This document shows, piece by piece, positions 47,857-58,639 of a stretch of 64,000 nt of DNA. Position 1 is the stretch's first letter. Every line of letters starts with the position of its first letter. The notes beneath the pieces were generated by a model. It searched no databases, had not been told where the DNA came from, and saw only the letters and a program-made list of their open reading frames with translations. The position numbers and the translations under genes were made by a program. The stretch is from Candidatus Culexmicrobium cathedralense (lineage in GTDB: Archaea; Thermoproteota; Methanomethylicia; Culexarchaeales; Culexmicrobiaceae): contig JANZKC010000001.1 in the NCBI GenBank assembly GCA_025061115.1, positions 96,001 through 160,000 on the forward strand, read 5' to 3'.

Positions 47857-49211
47857 CCAATCTTGACTTTAAACTCGCTAATTAAATCATCAACCATTTT
47901 ACTCCACTTTGGAAAGTCGGTTGGACTTGAAGGGTATTGCAAGTAAAGTTTCTTGACCTTATCCATGTAATCTCTAACTAGCTTAAGCTTATATAGCAAT
48001 GTTGGGCGGGAAATGAGTCTTAGTGCTCTAAAGACCTTCTCCTCAACGCTCAACTTCAATTCCCCAACCATTCCAATGAAATGCACTTCATCTCCAGTGA
48101 TAACCTTCTTCCTAAAGGCAAAGTTCAGGTCCTCATCGGTCAATCTCTGCAAGAACATTCTGAAAATGTCAAGTTTAGCTTGTTTAGCGCCATAATTCTC
48201 AATGTATTTTATTGGATAGCTCCAAAGGGATTCCATAGATGCTGAGCCGTAATTCTCAAGTGCATCAATAATGGCTTCAGCTGCACACTTAGCGCTAACC
48301 ATCGATGAACCAATGCCTCCACCATGAATTGGATTGCAAGTAAACGCAGCATCACCAATAGTTAAAATTCCATTGCCAACTGGGCAGTGAATAAACCTTC
48401 TTGTTGGAACAACGCCTCCGCCGGCATGGTGCACCTTCGCGCTTTTAAGCTCCTCCCTAACCTTAATAAAGCGGTTAAACTGGCTAATTGGGTTCGGCGC
48501 CTCCTTACCAGGCTGAACACCTAAGCCGACATTTACCAAGTTCTTCCTTTTAGGGAAAAGCCACCAATAACCTCCAGGGGCAATTCTTCTTGACAAGTAA
48601 ATCACTGCATATCGATCATCAAATTCAAATCGAGTCTCAAGTATTTCGCGATAACAAACATTTGTATCTTCATGCTTTAGCTTTTCACTAATCCACCAGT
48701 CACTCGGCAATTTAGTTCTAATTGCCCCACCAACACCTGAAGCATCAATTGTAACTTTACCTCTAAACTCATGCTTGGATTTTCTAGCAAGGTCCACAGC
48801 CCTAACTCCTACAACTTTTCCATCCTCAATAATTGGAGATGTCGCGTGGTGTTGAGCATAAAGCTCAGCGCCACCATCAACTGCCATTTTCAATAGCCTT
48901 CTACCAAATTTGTAGCGATTAACTGCAAAGCCCTCACCCTTAACTATGATGAAGTGCTTCTCATCTGGGGAGTAAATGACTACGCCATTAAAGACTCCAT
49001 CAAGCTCGTCTCCACTTGGATAGCTCAAGCCCAAATTGTCGAAGTGATGCTTGCCAATTGCGTCACCGCACACTTTATCTCCAATTTTAGCTTCACTCTT
49101 CCTGTCGAGCAACGCCACTTTCAATCCATGTTTAGCTAGTAAGTAAGCAGCATAAGCTCCAGCAGTTCCAGCACCCACAATTACAACATCGAATCTAGGT
49201 AAAGTCAACAT
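47853..49211 (-). CDS. Digeranylgeranylglycerophospholipid reductase (GGR)
   Basis: GAGTAG, KVCGD, PGGYWWLFP (YxWxFP) and GDAA...NP.HGGG motifs. Confidence 0.9.
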   Translation of the reverse strand: MLTLPRFDVVIVGAGTAGAYAAYLLAKHGLKVALLDRKSEAKIGDKVCGDAIGKHHFDNLGLSYPSGDELDGVFNGVVIYSPDEKHFIIVKGEGFAVNRYKFGRRLLKMAVDGGAELYAQHHATSPIIEDGKVVGVRAVDLARKSKHEFRGKVTIDASGVGGAIRTKLPSDWWISEKLKHEDTNVCYREILETRFEFDDRYAVIYLSRRIAPGGYWWLFPKRKNLVNVGLGVQPGKEAPNPISQFNRFIKVREELKSAKVHHAGGGVVPTRRFIHCPVGNGILTIGDAAFTCNPIHGGGIGSSMVSAKCAAEAIIDALENYGSASMESLWSYPIKYIENYGAKQAKLDIFRMFLQRLTDEDLNFAFRKKVITGDEVHFIGMVGELKLSVEEKVFRALRLISRPTLLYKLKLVRDYMDKVKKLYLQYPSSPTDFPKWSKMVDDLISEFKVKIG

Positions 49212-49442
49212 TCCTCCTCCGCGCTGGCTACATTATTTGAAAGCAGCTGCAATTATATTAGCTTAATTCTCATAAGTTTAATCCTCCACTGCCAACATGA
49301 CTGTATGGCTGTGCCCACGCTAAGCATTGAGTTAGAGCTGTGATTCTCCATTGAAAACTTAAGCGCCAAAGCTCAGCCCAAAACTAAGCTAACGTTAGAA
49401 TTATTAATCGAGTGAAGTCTAAACTATGCTTGAGGTGTCTTC

Positions 49443-50597
49443 ATGAAGGCTGTTAAGGCAGATTTCCTCTATACTGGAAAGCCAGATGAAGTCGTAAAAA
49501 ACGTATATGTAATTTTTGAAAACGAAAAAATCATAGACGTAACATCCGAAAAACCCAAGGGCGCCGAGATCATCGAAGTTGAAGGTGCAGTGGTTACGCC
49601 AGCATTTATAGATGCGCACTGCCACATTGGAATGGCTAGACACGGAGAGCCTTCAGCTGAAGATGAAGCCAACGAGAAATTTGACACAGTACTACCGCTA
49701 GCTGATGCACTATACTCAATATACCTAGACGATAAGGCATTTAAGGAGTCCATAGAGCATGGAGTACTATACTCATGCGTACTGCCTGGAAGCGGAAATA
49801 TTATTGGCGGAAAAGGAGTTCTAATTAGAAACTACGGCGAAGACATTGAAGAAGCCTTCATCAAGTACGCTGGAGTTAAAGCAGCATTAGGGTACAATCC
49901 AAGAAGCACCACGGAGTGGAAGGGAACGAGACCCTTCACGAGAATGGGTGCAATAGCCATTTTAAGGAAGTGGCTTGAAAAAGCCAAAGACACCTTAACC
50001 CTCATTGAAAAGGGCAAAAAGACAATAGAGGAGATTGAACCTGAAATAAAATACCTATTCCCAATAATAAAGGGAGAGGAAATACTGCGAGTGCACGTCC
50101 ACAAGGTAGATGACGTGGCAGGACTCCTACTATTGAAGAAGGAATTCAAATTCAAAGCAACCGTAGAGCACCTATGCGACGTAAACACTAAGCTGACATT
50201 TGAAAAGCTAAAGAAAGAGAAAGTTCCAATAATTTACGGACCAGTAGATGCATTCGCATATAAAACAGAGCTGAAACACGAAGACTGGAGAAACGTAAAA
50301 TACCTAGTTGAAGTGAAGCCTCTATTCGGATTAATGTCAGATCACCCAGTAACCCTCCAAAGGAACATCTACCTACAGCTAAGGTACTTTAGGAGATTTG
50401 GAATGAGCAAAACAGAGTGCATATCAATATTAACTCAAAACAACGCGAAAATCCTTGGAATAGACGACAAGCTTGGAACAATAGAGAAGGGCAAGTGGGC
50501 ATCAATGGTCATTTGGAGCGGTGACCCATTCAACCTAGACTCATACCCAGTGATCGTTATAGGTGAAGGAAAGGTACTCCACGAGGAAAAAGCATAA
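49443..50597 (+). CDS. Amidohydrolase family protein
   Basis: DAHCH, PGSGN, HVH, SDHP and GTIE.GK motifs. Confidence 0.9.
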   Translation: MKAVKADFLYTGKPDEVVKNVYVIFENEKIIDVTSEKPKGAEIIEVEGAVVTPAFIDAHCHIGMARHGEPSAEDEANEKFDTVLPLADALYSIYLDDKAFKESIEHGVLYSCVLPGSGNIIGGKGVLIRNYGEDIEEAFIKYAGVKAALGYNPRSTTEWKGTRPFTRMGAIAILRKWLEKAKDTLTLIEKGKKTIEEIEPEIKYLFPIIKGEEILRVHVHKVDDVAGLLLLKKEFKFKATVEHLCDVNTKLTFEKLKKEKVPIIYGPVDAFAYKTELKHEDWRNVKYLVEVKPLFGLMSDHPVTLQRNIYLQLRYFRRFGMSKTECISILTQNNAKILGIDDKLGTIEKGKWASMVIWSGDPFNLDSYPVIVIGEGKVLHEEKA

Positions 50598-50624
50598 ACC
50601 CAAACCCCCATTATTTTAATTACA

Positions 50625-51503
50625 ATGCCCAAGAAGTTGATAACGTACAAATACAAGTATAATTCCAAGCCCTTAGCCACGAAATTCACTGCCAAAAGAA
50701 TTTTAGAAGCTAAAGAACTTGGAGCTAAGAGCGTAATTGTCAGCTTAGACCTAGGCTTTACAGAAAGTAGAGTTGAAATTCTAAATGATGAAGTAAGTAT
50801 AAGCGCCAACAAGCTACCATTAAGTGCCTTAAAGAAAATAGTTGATGATGATGGAGTATTTATCATTGAAGCCAATCAACTAGTGAAAATAGCATTTTCA
50901 TCTTGCGGCAAATACTACAAGCTAAAATGCATAGCTGAAAATGCTGCTCCAACAATTGAAATCAGCGGAATACACATGCACAGAATTAAAGAGGTAACTC
51001 CATGGCAGGACGCTTTAATGAAGGTTAAAGCTGCTAGAATTCGACCAGGATTAAAGGTTTTAGACATATGTACAGGCCTGGGCTACACCAGCATAGCTTC
51101 CATACTTAGAGGAGCAAAAAGCGTACTAACAATCGAAAAAGATGAAAATGTATTAAAAATAGCGTCGTATAATCCATGGTCTAAAAAGCTTCAAAATGAG
51201 AAAATCAAAATAATTTTGGGAGATGCATTTGAAGTCATACGTGAATTAAATAGTGAATACTTCGACAGAATAATACACGACCCACCCAGATTCTCACTTG
51301 CAGGCAATCTCTACAGTAGAGAATTTTACAGCGAAATTTATAGAGTATTAAGGTCTGGAGGAATTCTCTACCACTACACGGGACAGCCTGGAGTTAGACG
51401 CAGAGTTAGCATTATCCAAGGAGTTTCAAGAAGACTAAGAGAAGTTGGATTCAGCGTGAAAATTAGTCGCAAAACCCTTGGAATAATAGCTTTCAAAGAT
51501 TAA
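50625..51503 (+). CDS. Archaeal SAM-dependent methyltransferase (COG2521-like)
   Basis: SLDLG, PTIEISGIHMH, LD.CTGLGY and HDPPRFS.AG.LYS motifs. Confidence 0.85.
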   Translation: MPKKLITYKYKYNSKPLATKFTAKRILEAKELGAKSVIVSLDLGFTESRVEILNDEVSISANKLPLSALKKIVDDDGVFIIEANQLVKIAFSSCGKYYKLKCIAENAAPTIEISGIHMHRIKEVTPWQDALMKVKAARIRPGLKVLDICTGLGYTSIASILRGAKSVLTIEKDENVLKIASYNPWSKKLQNEKIKIILGDAFEVIRELNSEYFDRIIHDPPRFSLAGNLYSREFYSEIYRVLRSGGILYHYTGQPGVRRRVSIIQGVSRRLREVGFSVKISRKTLGIIAFKD

Positions 51504-51504
51504 A

Positions 51505-52317
51505 TTAAGCAGCCAATGCTATGCAACATGCATTACTAGTCGCAGCATCAACCTCATCAAAAGTATAAACCCTATCTCCACCCCAATCAACTTTAAAGAA
51601 ATTCAATGGCTTAAATCCACATTCAACTAAATAATGTGACAATTCAGTAATTGTAAAGACTCTCAGAAGGTGATTTTCAGTAAAATGATCTATAACCCTA
51701 TAACCCTTAATCACATAGCACTCAATCTCAAGTTTCAATAAGCTCTTAGATATTATGAACTCACCCTTCATCAACCTTATGATCGTAATGTCATTCTTGA
51801 CAACTTTCCTAGGCGTATACCATCTTTGTCGCGTAACGTAGGAGGTTGTAGGCCAAAAGTCAAAAATGAATATTCCACCATCAACTAGATGATCTCTAAT
51901 ACTTTTCAATGCTTGAAGTAAATCCCAATCGGTTATCATGTAGCCTATGCTTCCAAAGAGGCATAAGGCAGCATCAAACCTCCTATTTAACTTTATTTTC
52001 CGCATATCCTGAACATGGAAGATAGCTTGCAAACGCATGTTCTCAGCTTTCTTCCTAGCTTGCTCTATCATCACCTTGGAAATATCGATTCCAGTGACAT
52101 GATAGCCTTTCTTAGCAAAGATTAAAGCGTGACCACCAGTGCCACATGCAACATCAAGAATGCTTTTAGGCTTAATTTTGCAGAATTCTTTGAAGTAATC
52201 TTCAATGTTACTACATTCGATCTCATAATTTTTATCATGATAAATTAAGTCATAGTATTCGCCATACTTAGCGTATATGTTCACCAAGCACGTGCACCTT
52301 TTAAATTTAATTCCCAA
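51505..52317 (-). CDS. Class I SAM-dependent methyltransferase (start probably near 52287)
   Basis: YYD.IY..K.Y, LDVACGTG.H, GID.S and QDM motifs. Confidence 0.9.
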   Translation of the reverse strand: MGIKFKRCTCLVNIYAKYGEYYDLIYHDKNYEIECSNIEDYFKEFCKIKPKSILDVACGTGGHALIFAKKGYHVTGIDISKVMIEQARKKAENMRLQAIFHVQDMRKIKLNRRFDAALCLFGSIGYMITDWDLLQALKSIRDHLVDGGIFIFDFWPTTSYVTRQRWYTPRKVVKNDITIIRLMKGEFIISKSLLKLEIECYVIKGYRVIDHFTENHLLRVFTITELSHYLVECGFKPLNFFKVDWGGDRVYTFDEVDAATSNACCIALAA

Positions 52318-52334
52318 ACAAACTAAAAACTTAC

Positions 52335-53861
52335 TTATGATTTTAGGCCTTTAATTAGCATAAGCGCATCAGCCAAGTATGGCTCTAAGAATATTAGAAT
52401 GATAAGCCTCACAACATCCGATACCATTCCAACTTTGAACATGCTCCACAGCCTAACATATCCAGACCCGTAAACTATGGCCATTGGCGGAGTTGTGCTT
52501 GGAAGAGCACTAGATATCGATGAGGCCAATGCAGCTGAAATTATTGCTGGCATAGGATTTAGTCCAGCTCCCTTAGCTAGGGCAGCAGCTAATGGACAAG
52601 CTATCAGCGAAGACGCAGTGTTCGAAGCTGGATAAGTTATTAGAAAGCCGAGAAAAGCGCTTATAGCCGAAATTGCCCAGGGGTTTTTAGCCCACTCTCC
52701 ACCGATGTGGGTAACTATCAAAGCTAACCACTCGGAGAAGCCGCTATTTTGAAGGGCAGCCCCCATCACTATTCCACCGCCAAAGAGGAATATCACGTTC
52801 CAGTCAATGCTGGTCTCAATTTCATCCCAAGTCAATAGAGGGCGATCGCCAACTCTAATGAAGCCTAAAAGAAAAATTGCAAGAACAGCTGGAAGAACCT
52901 CAGGAATATAAGTTTTAGCAAGATTTGCCAAAGGCTCATATTCAGACCAAATGTTTGAAAACACCAATAAAAGGCCTGGAAGCATCCAAAGCAATAATGT
53001 TAAGATAAATATCATTGTAACCAGCTTCTCTTCAAGCTTCATGGATCCCAGAGACCTCATCTTCTCCTTAATAAGAGACTCATCTATATCTATCTCCTTA
53101 ACCTCAATTTTGATTAAAGTGAAAGTTGCAATCCAAGTAATAATAAGGCCAATAAATGCATGCAAACTTCCAACAATAAACCAGTCAAAAAAAGTTAAGT
53201 TTACGCCAGGCAAATATTCTTCAACAACTCTTTTGGCAATCAAGTTTGGAGGAGTGCTTATTAGCAAGAACATTGCGCCGGCAGTTGCAGCTTGACCTAA
53301 TGCGAGCATGGTGGCTTCAGCGAATCTGCTGTCCCGACTGAAACCCATTGTTGATAGGTATGCAAGCACAATTGGATACATAAGCGAAGTCGATGCAGTT
53401 ATTGAGCCTGTAATAGTTAAGGCGAAAACTGGGAGGCAAGCTATGAAGAAGGCGCTAAGCATTGGATTTCCACCCTTATAAATGGTTGAAAGCTTAAAGG
53501 CAATTCTTTTATCCAACCCCCACGCTTGAAAAGCCCTAGCTAAAACGAATCCACCCATGAAAATCCATATAATTGGATCCATAAATGATCGAAGAGCAGA
53601 CTTCCAAGAAATAAGGTTAAGCGAGGAAAAAAGCATTGGAGCTATAAGCGCTGAAAGGCCTAAAGGGATAACCTCGGTAACCCACCAATATGCAATCCAA
53701 AGAAGAACTCCAAGCGCAACTTGAGGAGCATTACTAAAAGGTGCATCAGCAAGGACTGCAGCTTCCCTCACATATGGTAGGGGAGGCAGTAGCAGTAAAG
53801 CTATGAATATGACTGGACCTAAAGCCAGCTTGACTGCGTTTTTGAGCGCACCGCTCAACAT
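52335..53861 (-). CDS. DASS/SLC13 sodium-coupled anion symporter
   Basis: WVTEVIP, STPPN, DW...FLFGGG, SNTA and TPP.AI motifs with many TM helices. Confidence 0.92.
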   Translation of the reverse strand: MLSGALKNAVKLALGPVIFIALLLLPPLPYVREAAVLADAPFSNAPQVALGVLLWIAYWWVTEVIPLGLSALIAPMLFSSLNLISWKSALRSFMDPIIWIFMGGFVLARAFQAWGLDKRIAFKLSTIYKGGNPMLSAFFIACLPVFALTITGSITASTSLMYPIVLAYLSTMGFSRDSRFAEATMLALGQAATAGAMFLLISTPPNLIAKRVVEEYLPGVNLTFFDWFIVGSLHAFIGLIITWIATFTLIKIEVKEIDIDESLIKEKMRSLGSMKLEEKLVTMIFILTLLLWMLPGLLLVFSNIWSEYEPLANLAKTYIPEVLPAVLAIFLLGFIRVGDRPLLTWDEIETSIDWNVIFLFGGGIVMGAALQNSGFSEWLALIVTHIGGEWAKNPWAISAISAFLGFLITYPASNTASSLIACPLAAALAKGAGLNPMPAIISAALASSISSALPSTTPPMAIVYGSGYVRLWSMFKVGMVSDVVRLIILIFLEPYLADALMLIKGLKS

Positions 53862-54089
53862 TATGCCGCCTCACCACTTTTTACAAATGTAAAGGAATAT
53901 AAAAAGATGACCCACAAAGGCTCTCTCAAATCATCACAAATAAGACCTCTTAAAATTTATTCAATAAATTTAAATTTTCATAGATATTAATTTATAAATG
54001 AAATTATTGTAATATAAAATTATTTTAATAAAACATTTCTAGCAAAATATTTATATATTTGATTTAATAAATTAATTATAGGTGTTTTT

Positions 54090-54350
54090 ATGATAAAAGT
54101 TGTAAAGAGAAATGGTAGAGTAGAAGAATTCGCCAGGGAGAAAATCACGGTTTCATGCTTAAAAGCTGGAGCTGACATTGAAACTGCTAGAGAAATAGCT
54201 AGAAGAATTGAAGAAGAATTAATTAAGAAGGAAAGAATAAGCACAAATGAATTGCGATCCAAAGTCTTGGAAATGCTAAAAGAGAAGAACCCAAAGTGGC
54301 ATGAAAATTGGTTAGTGTATGATAGAGCTGTTAAAAAAAGGACAACCTAA
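54090..54350 (+). CDS. Stand-alone ATP-cone domain protein
   Basis: VVKRNG.VE.F...KI..S..KAG...ISTNEL motif. Confidence 0.9.
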   Translation: MIKVVKRNGRVEEFAREKITVSCLKAGADIETAREIARRIEEELIKKERISTNELRSKVLEMLKEKNPKWHENWLVYDRAVKKRTT

Positions 54351-54502
54351 ACCCCCATTTTTATCAAGCAGTTTACCTTCACCATGAACCCAATACAATA
54401 TTCGAAATCACTTCCACTTTAATCAAAACAACCCATTAAAGTTGAAGCTCAACAATCAATGTTATAAGGCAATTGGCATGCAATTTATGTCGGTGACAAA
54501 TT

Positions 54503-55633
54503 ATGAACTTTGAAATGTACAGAGAGGAATTTCCAATAGTGAATGAATACATCTATTTAAATCATGCAGCCCACTCACCAGCCTCAAAAAGGGTAGTTGA
54601 AGCAATTAAAGAATGCTTGGAAACACTAAAAAGCAAGGGAGAATACTCCATAAACGCTAGAGAAACTAAAAGAGCATTTGCAAAATTAATAAATGCAAGT
54701 AACGATGAAATAGCACTCATCACAAACACGTCTCAAGGACTAAATATTATAGCCAACATGCTTAATTTCGCTCCAGGCACAAATGTAGTGATAAACGACA
54801 TGGAATACCCTTCAAACACATATCCATGGATCAAGCTTAAAACCAAAGGCGTTGAAGTTAGGTTTGTTAAAAATGAAAATGGCATTATACCACTAGAAGC
54901 TTATGAAAAGGCAATTGACGATAAAACTGTAGCCGTAGCTGTAAGCCATGTAAAGTGGATAAATGGATTCAAGCACAACTTAAAGGAACTTGCGGAAATA
55001 GCGCACAACCACGGAGCCTACTTGGTTGTTGACGCAGTTCAATCAGCTGGAGCAATGAAAATCGACGTGAAGAAAATGGATATAGATTTCCTAGCTTGCG
55101 GATGCTATAAATGGCTTTTAGGTCCAACTGGAGCAGGGTACCTATACATTAAAAGCGACCTAATAGGCGAGTTTACTCCACCATTCGTTGGCTGGGCAAG
55201 CGTGAAATACCAAGAAGACCCGCTGACATTCAACATACACGAAATCCACTGGAGGGAAAATGCTAGCAAATTTGAAATTGGATCAATGAGCCACCTCAGC
55301 TACGCTGGAGCTCAAGCAGCCATAGAGCTAATTCTCGAAGTAGGAATTGAAAATATTGAAAAAAGAATTTTGCAACTAACCAAGCACCTAATTGACAGAT
55401 TAATGGAAGCTGGATATGAAGTTCAAAGCCCACTAGAAGATGAATATAGATCGGGAATAGTAAACTTCAAAGTTGAAAATGGATATGAAGTGCAAAAGAA
55501 GCTCGCAGAAAGCAAGATAATAACCTCCTTTAGAGGTGGAGGAATTAGAGTGTCACCGCACTTCTACAACACTAGGAACGAAATTGACATGCTTTTAGAA
55601 AAAGTTAATGAAATCTCTAAGATCAAAAAGTAA
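54503..55633 (+). CDS. Class V PLP aminotransferase (SufS-like fold, no catalytic Cys evident)
   Basis: YLNHAA, NTS.G, DAVQ, YKWL.GP.G.G and RVSPH.YN motifs; the Cys loop is replaced by SFRGGG. Confidence 0.9.
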   Translation: MNFEMYREEFPIVNEYIYLNHAAHSPASKRVVEAIKECLETLKSKGEYSINARETKRAFAKLINASNDEIALITNTSQGLNIIANMLNFAPGTNVVINDMEYPSNTYPWIKLKTKGVEVRFVKNENGIIPLEAYEKAIDDKTVAVAVSHVKWINGFKHNLKELAEIAHNHGAYLVVDAVQSAGAMKIDVKKMDIDFLACGCYKWLLGPTGAGYLYIKSDLIGEFTPPFVGWASVKYQEDPLTFNIHEIHWRENASKFEIGSMSHLSYAGAQAAIELILEVGIENIEKRILQLTKHLIDRLMEAGYEVQSPLEDEYRSGIVNFKVENGYEVQKKLAESKIITSFRGGGIRVSPHFYNTRNEIDMLLEKVNEISKIKK

Positions 55634-55764
55634 GTCAACATCGTCAAAGGACGTTGGATTTAAATTAACCCATCCTTTTTAATGTAATCTAAATGAATAA
55701 TGGTGAGCATCAACTTTATTTACAAAAAATTACACATACTAAATAATTCACGGGAGGATTTATT

Positions 55765-57207
55765 ATGGAAGATCTAGCTCGAAAAGCCATTGAAACGGCA
55801 CTTTCTGCTGGAGCCACCTACGCAGACATAAGAATTGTAGAGCAGAAATGGGAAAACATCACAACAAGAAACGCTAAAGTCAGAGTAGTAGATGCGGGCA
55901 GCAGCATGGGATTTGGAGTGAGAGCCATAGCAGATGGAGCTTGGGGATTTGCAAGCCACTACGAACTAACGCCAACAGAAGTGGTTAAGGTGGCTCTAAA
56001 AGCCGTTGAAATTGCAAGGGCAAGCGCTAAGGTAAAGAAGAAGGATGTCAAGCTAGCTCCAGTTAAGCCTGTAAGGGACACGTATAAAACGCCCATAATT
56101 AAAGATCCGTTCAAAGTGCCCCTTGAAGATAAAATTGAACTTCTAACTGAAAGCGACAAGAGAATTCTATCAAAGGGAGAACTAATTAAAGTTGCAACTT
56201 CAAGCATGAGAATATACAGGGAAAATAAGATTTTCTCAAGCAGTGAAGGAGCATTCATAACACAAGAAATAACATGGTGCGGAGTAACAACGAGAGCAGT
56301 AGCTGTGGGCTATGGAGAAGTTCAGGATAGATCATATGATGGAAGAAACTTCAACACTGGAGGATACGAGATAATAGAAGAGGTTAACCTGCCTGAAAAG
56401 GCGGAGAAAAGCGGTGAAGAAGCAATAGCTTTGTTGACGGCTAAGAACTGCCCAACCATGATAACCGACCTGATAATTGGAGGAAGTCAACTGGCCCTCC
56501 AAATTCACGAATCATGCGGACACCCAACAGAGCTTGACAGAGTACTAGGTACAGAGGCAAGCTATGCTGGCACAAGCTTCCTAACCCCCGAAAAGCTCGG
56601 GAAATTTAGGTATGGCAGCGATAAAGTTACTATTGTAGCCGATGCAACTGCGCCTAGAGGATTAGGGACATTTGGATACGACGATGAAGGAGTTCCAGCC
56701 CAAAAAGTCTACTTAGTTAAAGAAGGAATATTCGTCGGCTACTTGACGGATAGAGCGTCTGCAGCTGAGCTCGGATTACCATCAAGCACGGGAGCAGCCA
56801 GAGCATCAAGCTGGAACAGAATACCCCTAGTAAGAATGACTAACATAAATTTAGAGCCAGGAGACTGGGACTTCGAAGAGCTAATTCAAGAAACAAAGAA
56901 AGGAGTATATGTTGAAACAAATAGGAGCTGGAGCATAGACGACAAAAGATTAAACTTCCAATTCGGAACTCAAATAGCATATTTAATTGAAAATGGAGAG
57001 TTTAAGGAACTTCTCAAAAACGCAATTTACACTGGAATAACGCCTGAATTCTGGCGTTCATGCGATGCAGTTTGCAATGAAAAATACTGGACAATGTGGG
57101 GGACGCCAGGCTGCGGCAAGGGTGAGCCAGGACAAGTAATGTATGTGGGCCACGGAACAGCTCCAGCAAGATTTAAGAATATTAGGGTAGGTGTTGGGAA
57201 ATGGTGA
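55765..57207 (+). CDS. tldD: TldD family metalloprotease (pair 2)
   Basis: HESCGHPTELDR, DDEGV, RMTN and CGKG motifs. Confidence 0.92.
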   Translation: MEDLARKAIETALSAGATYADIRIVEQKWENITTRNAKVRVVDAGSSMGFGVRAIADGAWGFASHYELTPTEVVKVALKAVEIARASAKVKKKDVKLAPVKPVRDTYKTPIIKDPFKVPLEDKIELLTESDKRILSKGELIKVATSSMRIYRENKIFSSSEGAFITQEITWCGVTTRAVAVGYGEVQDRSYDGRNFNTGGYEIIEEVNLPEKAEKSGEEAIALLTAKNCPTMITDLIIGGSQLALQIHESCGHPTELDRVLGTEASYAGTSFLTPEKLGKFRYGSDKVTIVADATAPRGLGTFGYDDEGVPAQKVYLVKEGIFVGYLTDRASAAELGLPSSTGAARASSWNRIPLVRMTNINLEPGDWDFEELIQETKKGVYVETNRSWSIDDKRLNFQFGTQIAYLIENGEFKELLKNAIYTGITPEFWRSCDAVCNEKYWTMWGTPGCGKGEPGQVMYVGHGTAPARFKNIRVGVGKW

Positions 57208-58574
57208 TGGGTAAAGAAACATGCTTAGAAATAGCCAATAGAATTATAAATGAAGCATTAAAGCTCGGTGCAACCCAAGCTGAAGCAAGAGTGATGAGCT
57301 TCACGAGCTACTTAACTCGATTCGCAAATTCAATTATACATCAAAACGTTGGAGAAACCAACGTAACCCTCACATTAAGATTCATTCTCGGAAAGAGAAT
57401 AAGCGTAGTAAGTTCAAATGAAACTGGGCTGGAAGCAATAAGGAAGCTTGCCGAAAAAGGATTTAAAACAGCTAAAGTTCAAGAAGAAAATCCAGAATTC
57501 GTAAGCTTGCCAGAGCCCGAGCCGATCCCAGAGCTACCAGGACTATACATTAAGGAAACAGCCGAATGCACGCCGCTCATGAGAGCCGAAATGGTAAAAG
57601 AGCTAATAGACGAAGCACACTCCCTATCACCAAAAGTCGATAGCGTGGCAGGAGCACTATCAACAGCATCATATGAATTGGCAGTAGCTAACTCTCTAGG
57701 AATAAGCGCATACACGATGTCAACAGTCGCATCACTGAATACAAACGTAATCTCAAAGGACAATGGAGTTGAAGGATTCGGATATGCAGCAGACGTCTCA
57801 AGAAACGTCAAAGAAATAAATCCAAGAGAGGTAGGTAAAGAAGCAGCTGAAAGATCGGTGAAAAGCCTATGGGCCAAAAAGGCAGAGCCAGGAGAATACG
57901 AAGTAATCTTAGAGCCATATGCAGTTTCAACAGCACTACTATACACCGGCTATGTAGGCTTAAATGCCCAAGCAGTACAGGATGGAACAAGCTTCATGCT
58001 AGACCTAATGAACAAAGAAGCATTCAACAGACAATTAACAATATGGGATGACGGAAGAGACCTAAATGGATTAGCATTCCCATTCGATTTCGAGGGAGTG
58101 CCAAAGAAAAAGGTGGTTATGATTGAAAATGGAGTGCCAAAGGCAGTAGTTTACGACTCATACACGGCCCATAAAGAAGGAAAGAAGTCAACCGGACATG
58201 CAGGAAGATTCGGACCAATACCAGCCCACATGTTCATGAAGCCAGGAGACGCAACCAAAGACGAAATGATTAAAGAAACTAAGCGAGGACTATTAGTAAC
58301 AAGATTCCACTACGTGAGAACAGTTCACCCAAGAAAACTCGTCCTAACAGGAATGACTAGAGATGGAACATGGCTAATAGAAAATGGAGAAATAAAATAT
58401 CCAGTTAAAAATCTAAGATTCACCGAAAGCATGCTCAGAACATACGCCAACATAGAAATGATAGGTAAAACGGTGAAAAGAACAAGGATTGGAAGGTGGT
58501 TTGGCCAAGGAAGCATAGTAGTACCAGCATTAAAAATAAGCAAATTTACATTCACAGGAACAACAGAATACTAA
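57201..58574 (+). CDS. PmbA/TldE family protein (pair 2)
   Basis: TRFANS.IHQN, PGEY.VILEP, FD.EG and TG.TRDG motifs; no HExxxH. Confidence 0.9.
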   Translation: MVMGKETCLEIANRIINEALKLGATQAEARVMSFTSYLTRFANSIIHQNVGETNVTLTLRFILGKRISVVSSNETGLEAIRKLAEKGFKTAKVQEENPEFVSLPEPEPIPELPGLYIKETAECTPLMRAEMVKELIDEAHSLSPKVDSVAGALSTASYELAVANSLGISAYTMSTVASLNTNVISKDNGVEGFGYAADVSRNVKEINPREVGKEAAERSVKSLWAKKAEPGEYEVILEPYAVSTALLYTGYVGLNAQAVQDGTSFMLDLMNKEAFNRQLTIWDDGRDLNGLAFPFDFEGVPKKKVVMIENGVPKAVVYDSYTAHKEGKKSTGHAGRFGPIPAHMFMKPGDATKDEMIKETKRGLLVTRFHYVRTVHPRKLVLTGMTRDGTWLIENGEIKYPVKNLRFTESMLRTYANIEMIGKTVKRTRIGRWFGQGSIVVPALKISKFTFTGTTEY

Positions 58575-58639
58575 AACTCATTCCATTTTATTTATTATTT
58601 TAAATGTAAATTGAATTTAAAGTCTAAATAATAATTCAA

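Noticed and set aside
403-58555. Numerous antisense or overlapping ORFs of 60-155 aa in the ORF track (e.g. 403..774, 9338..9748, 24868..25314, 50435..50875, 57479..57946)
   Set aside because: They overlap well-supported genes, have Ser/Leu/Phe-rich shadow composition, and show no motifs or SD sites.
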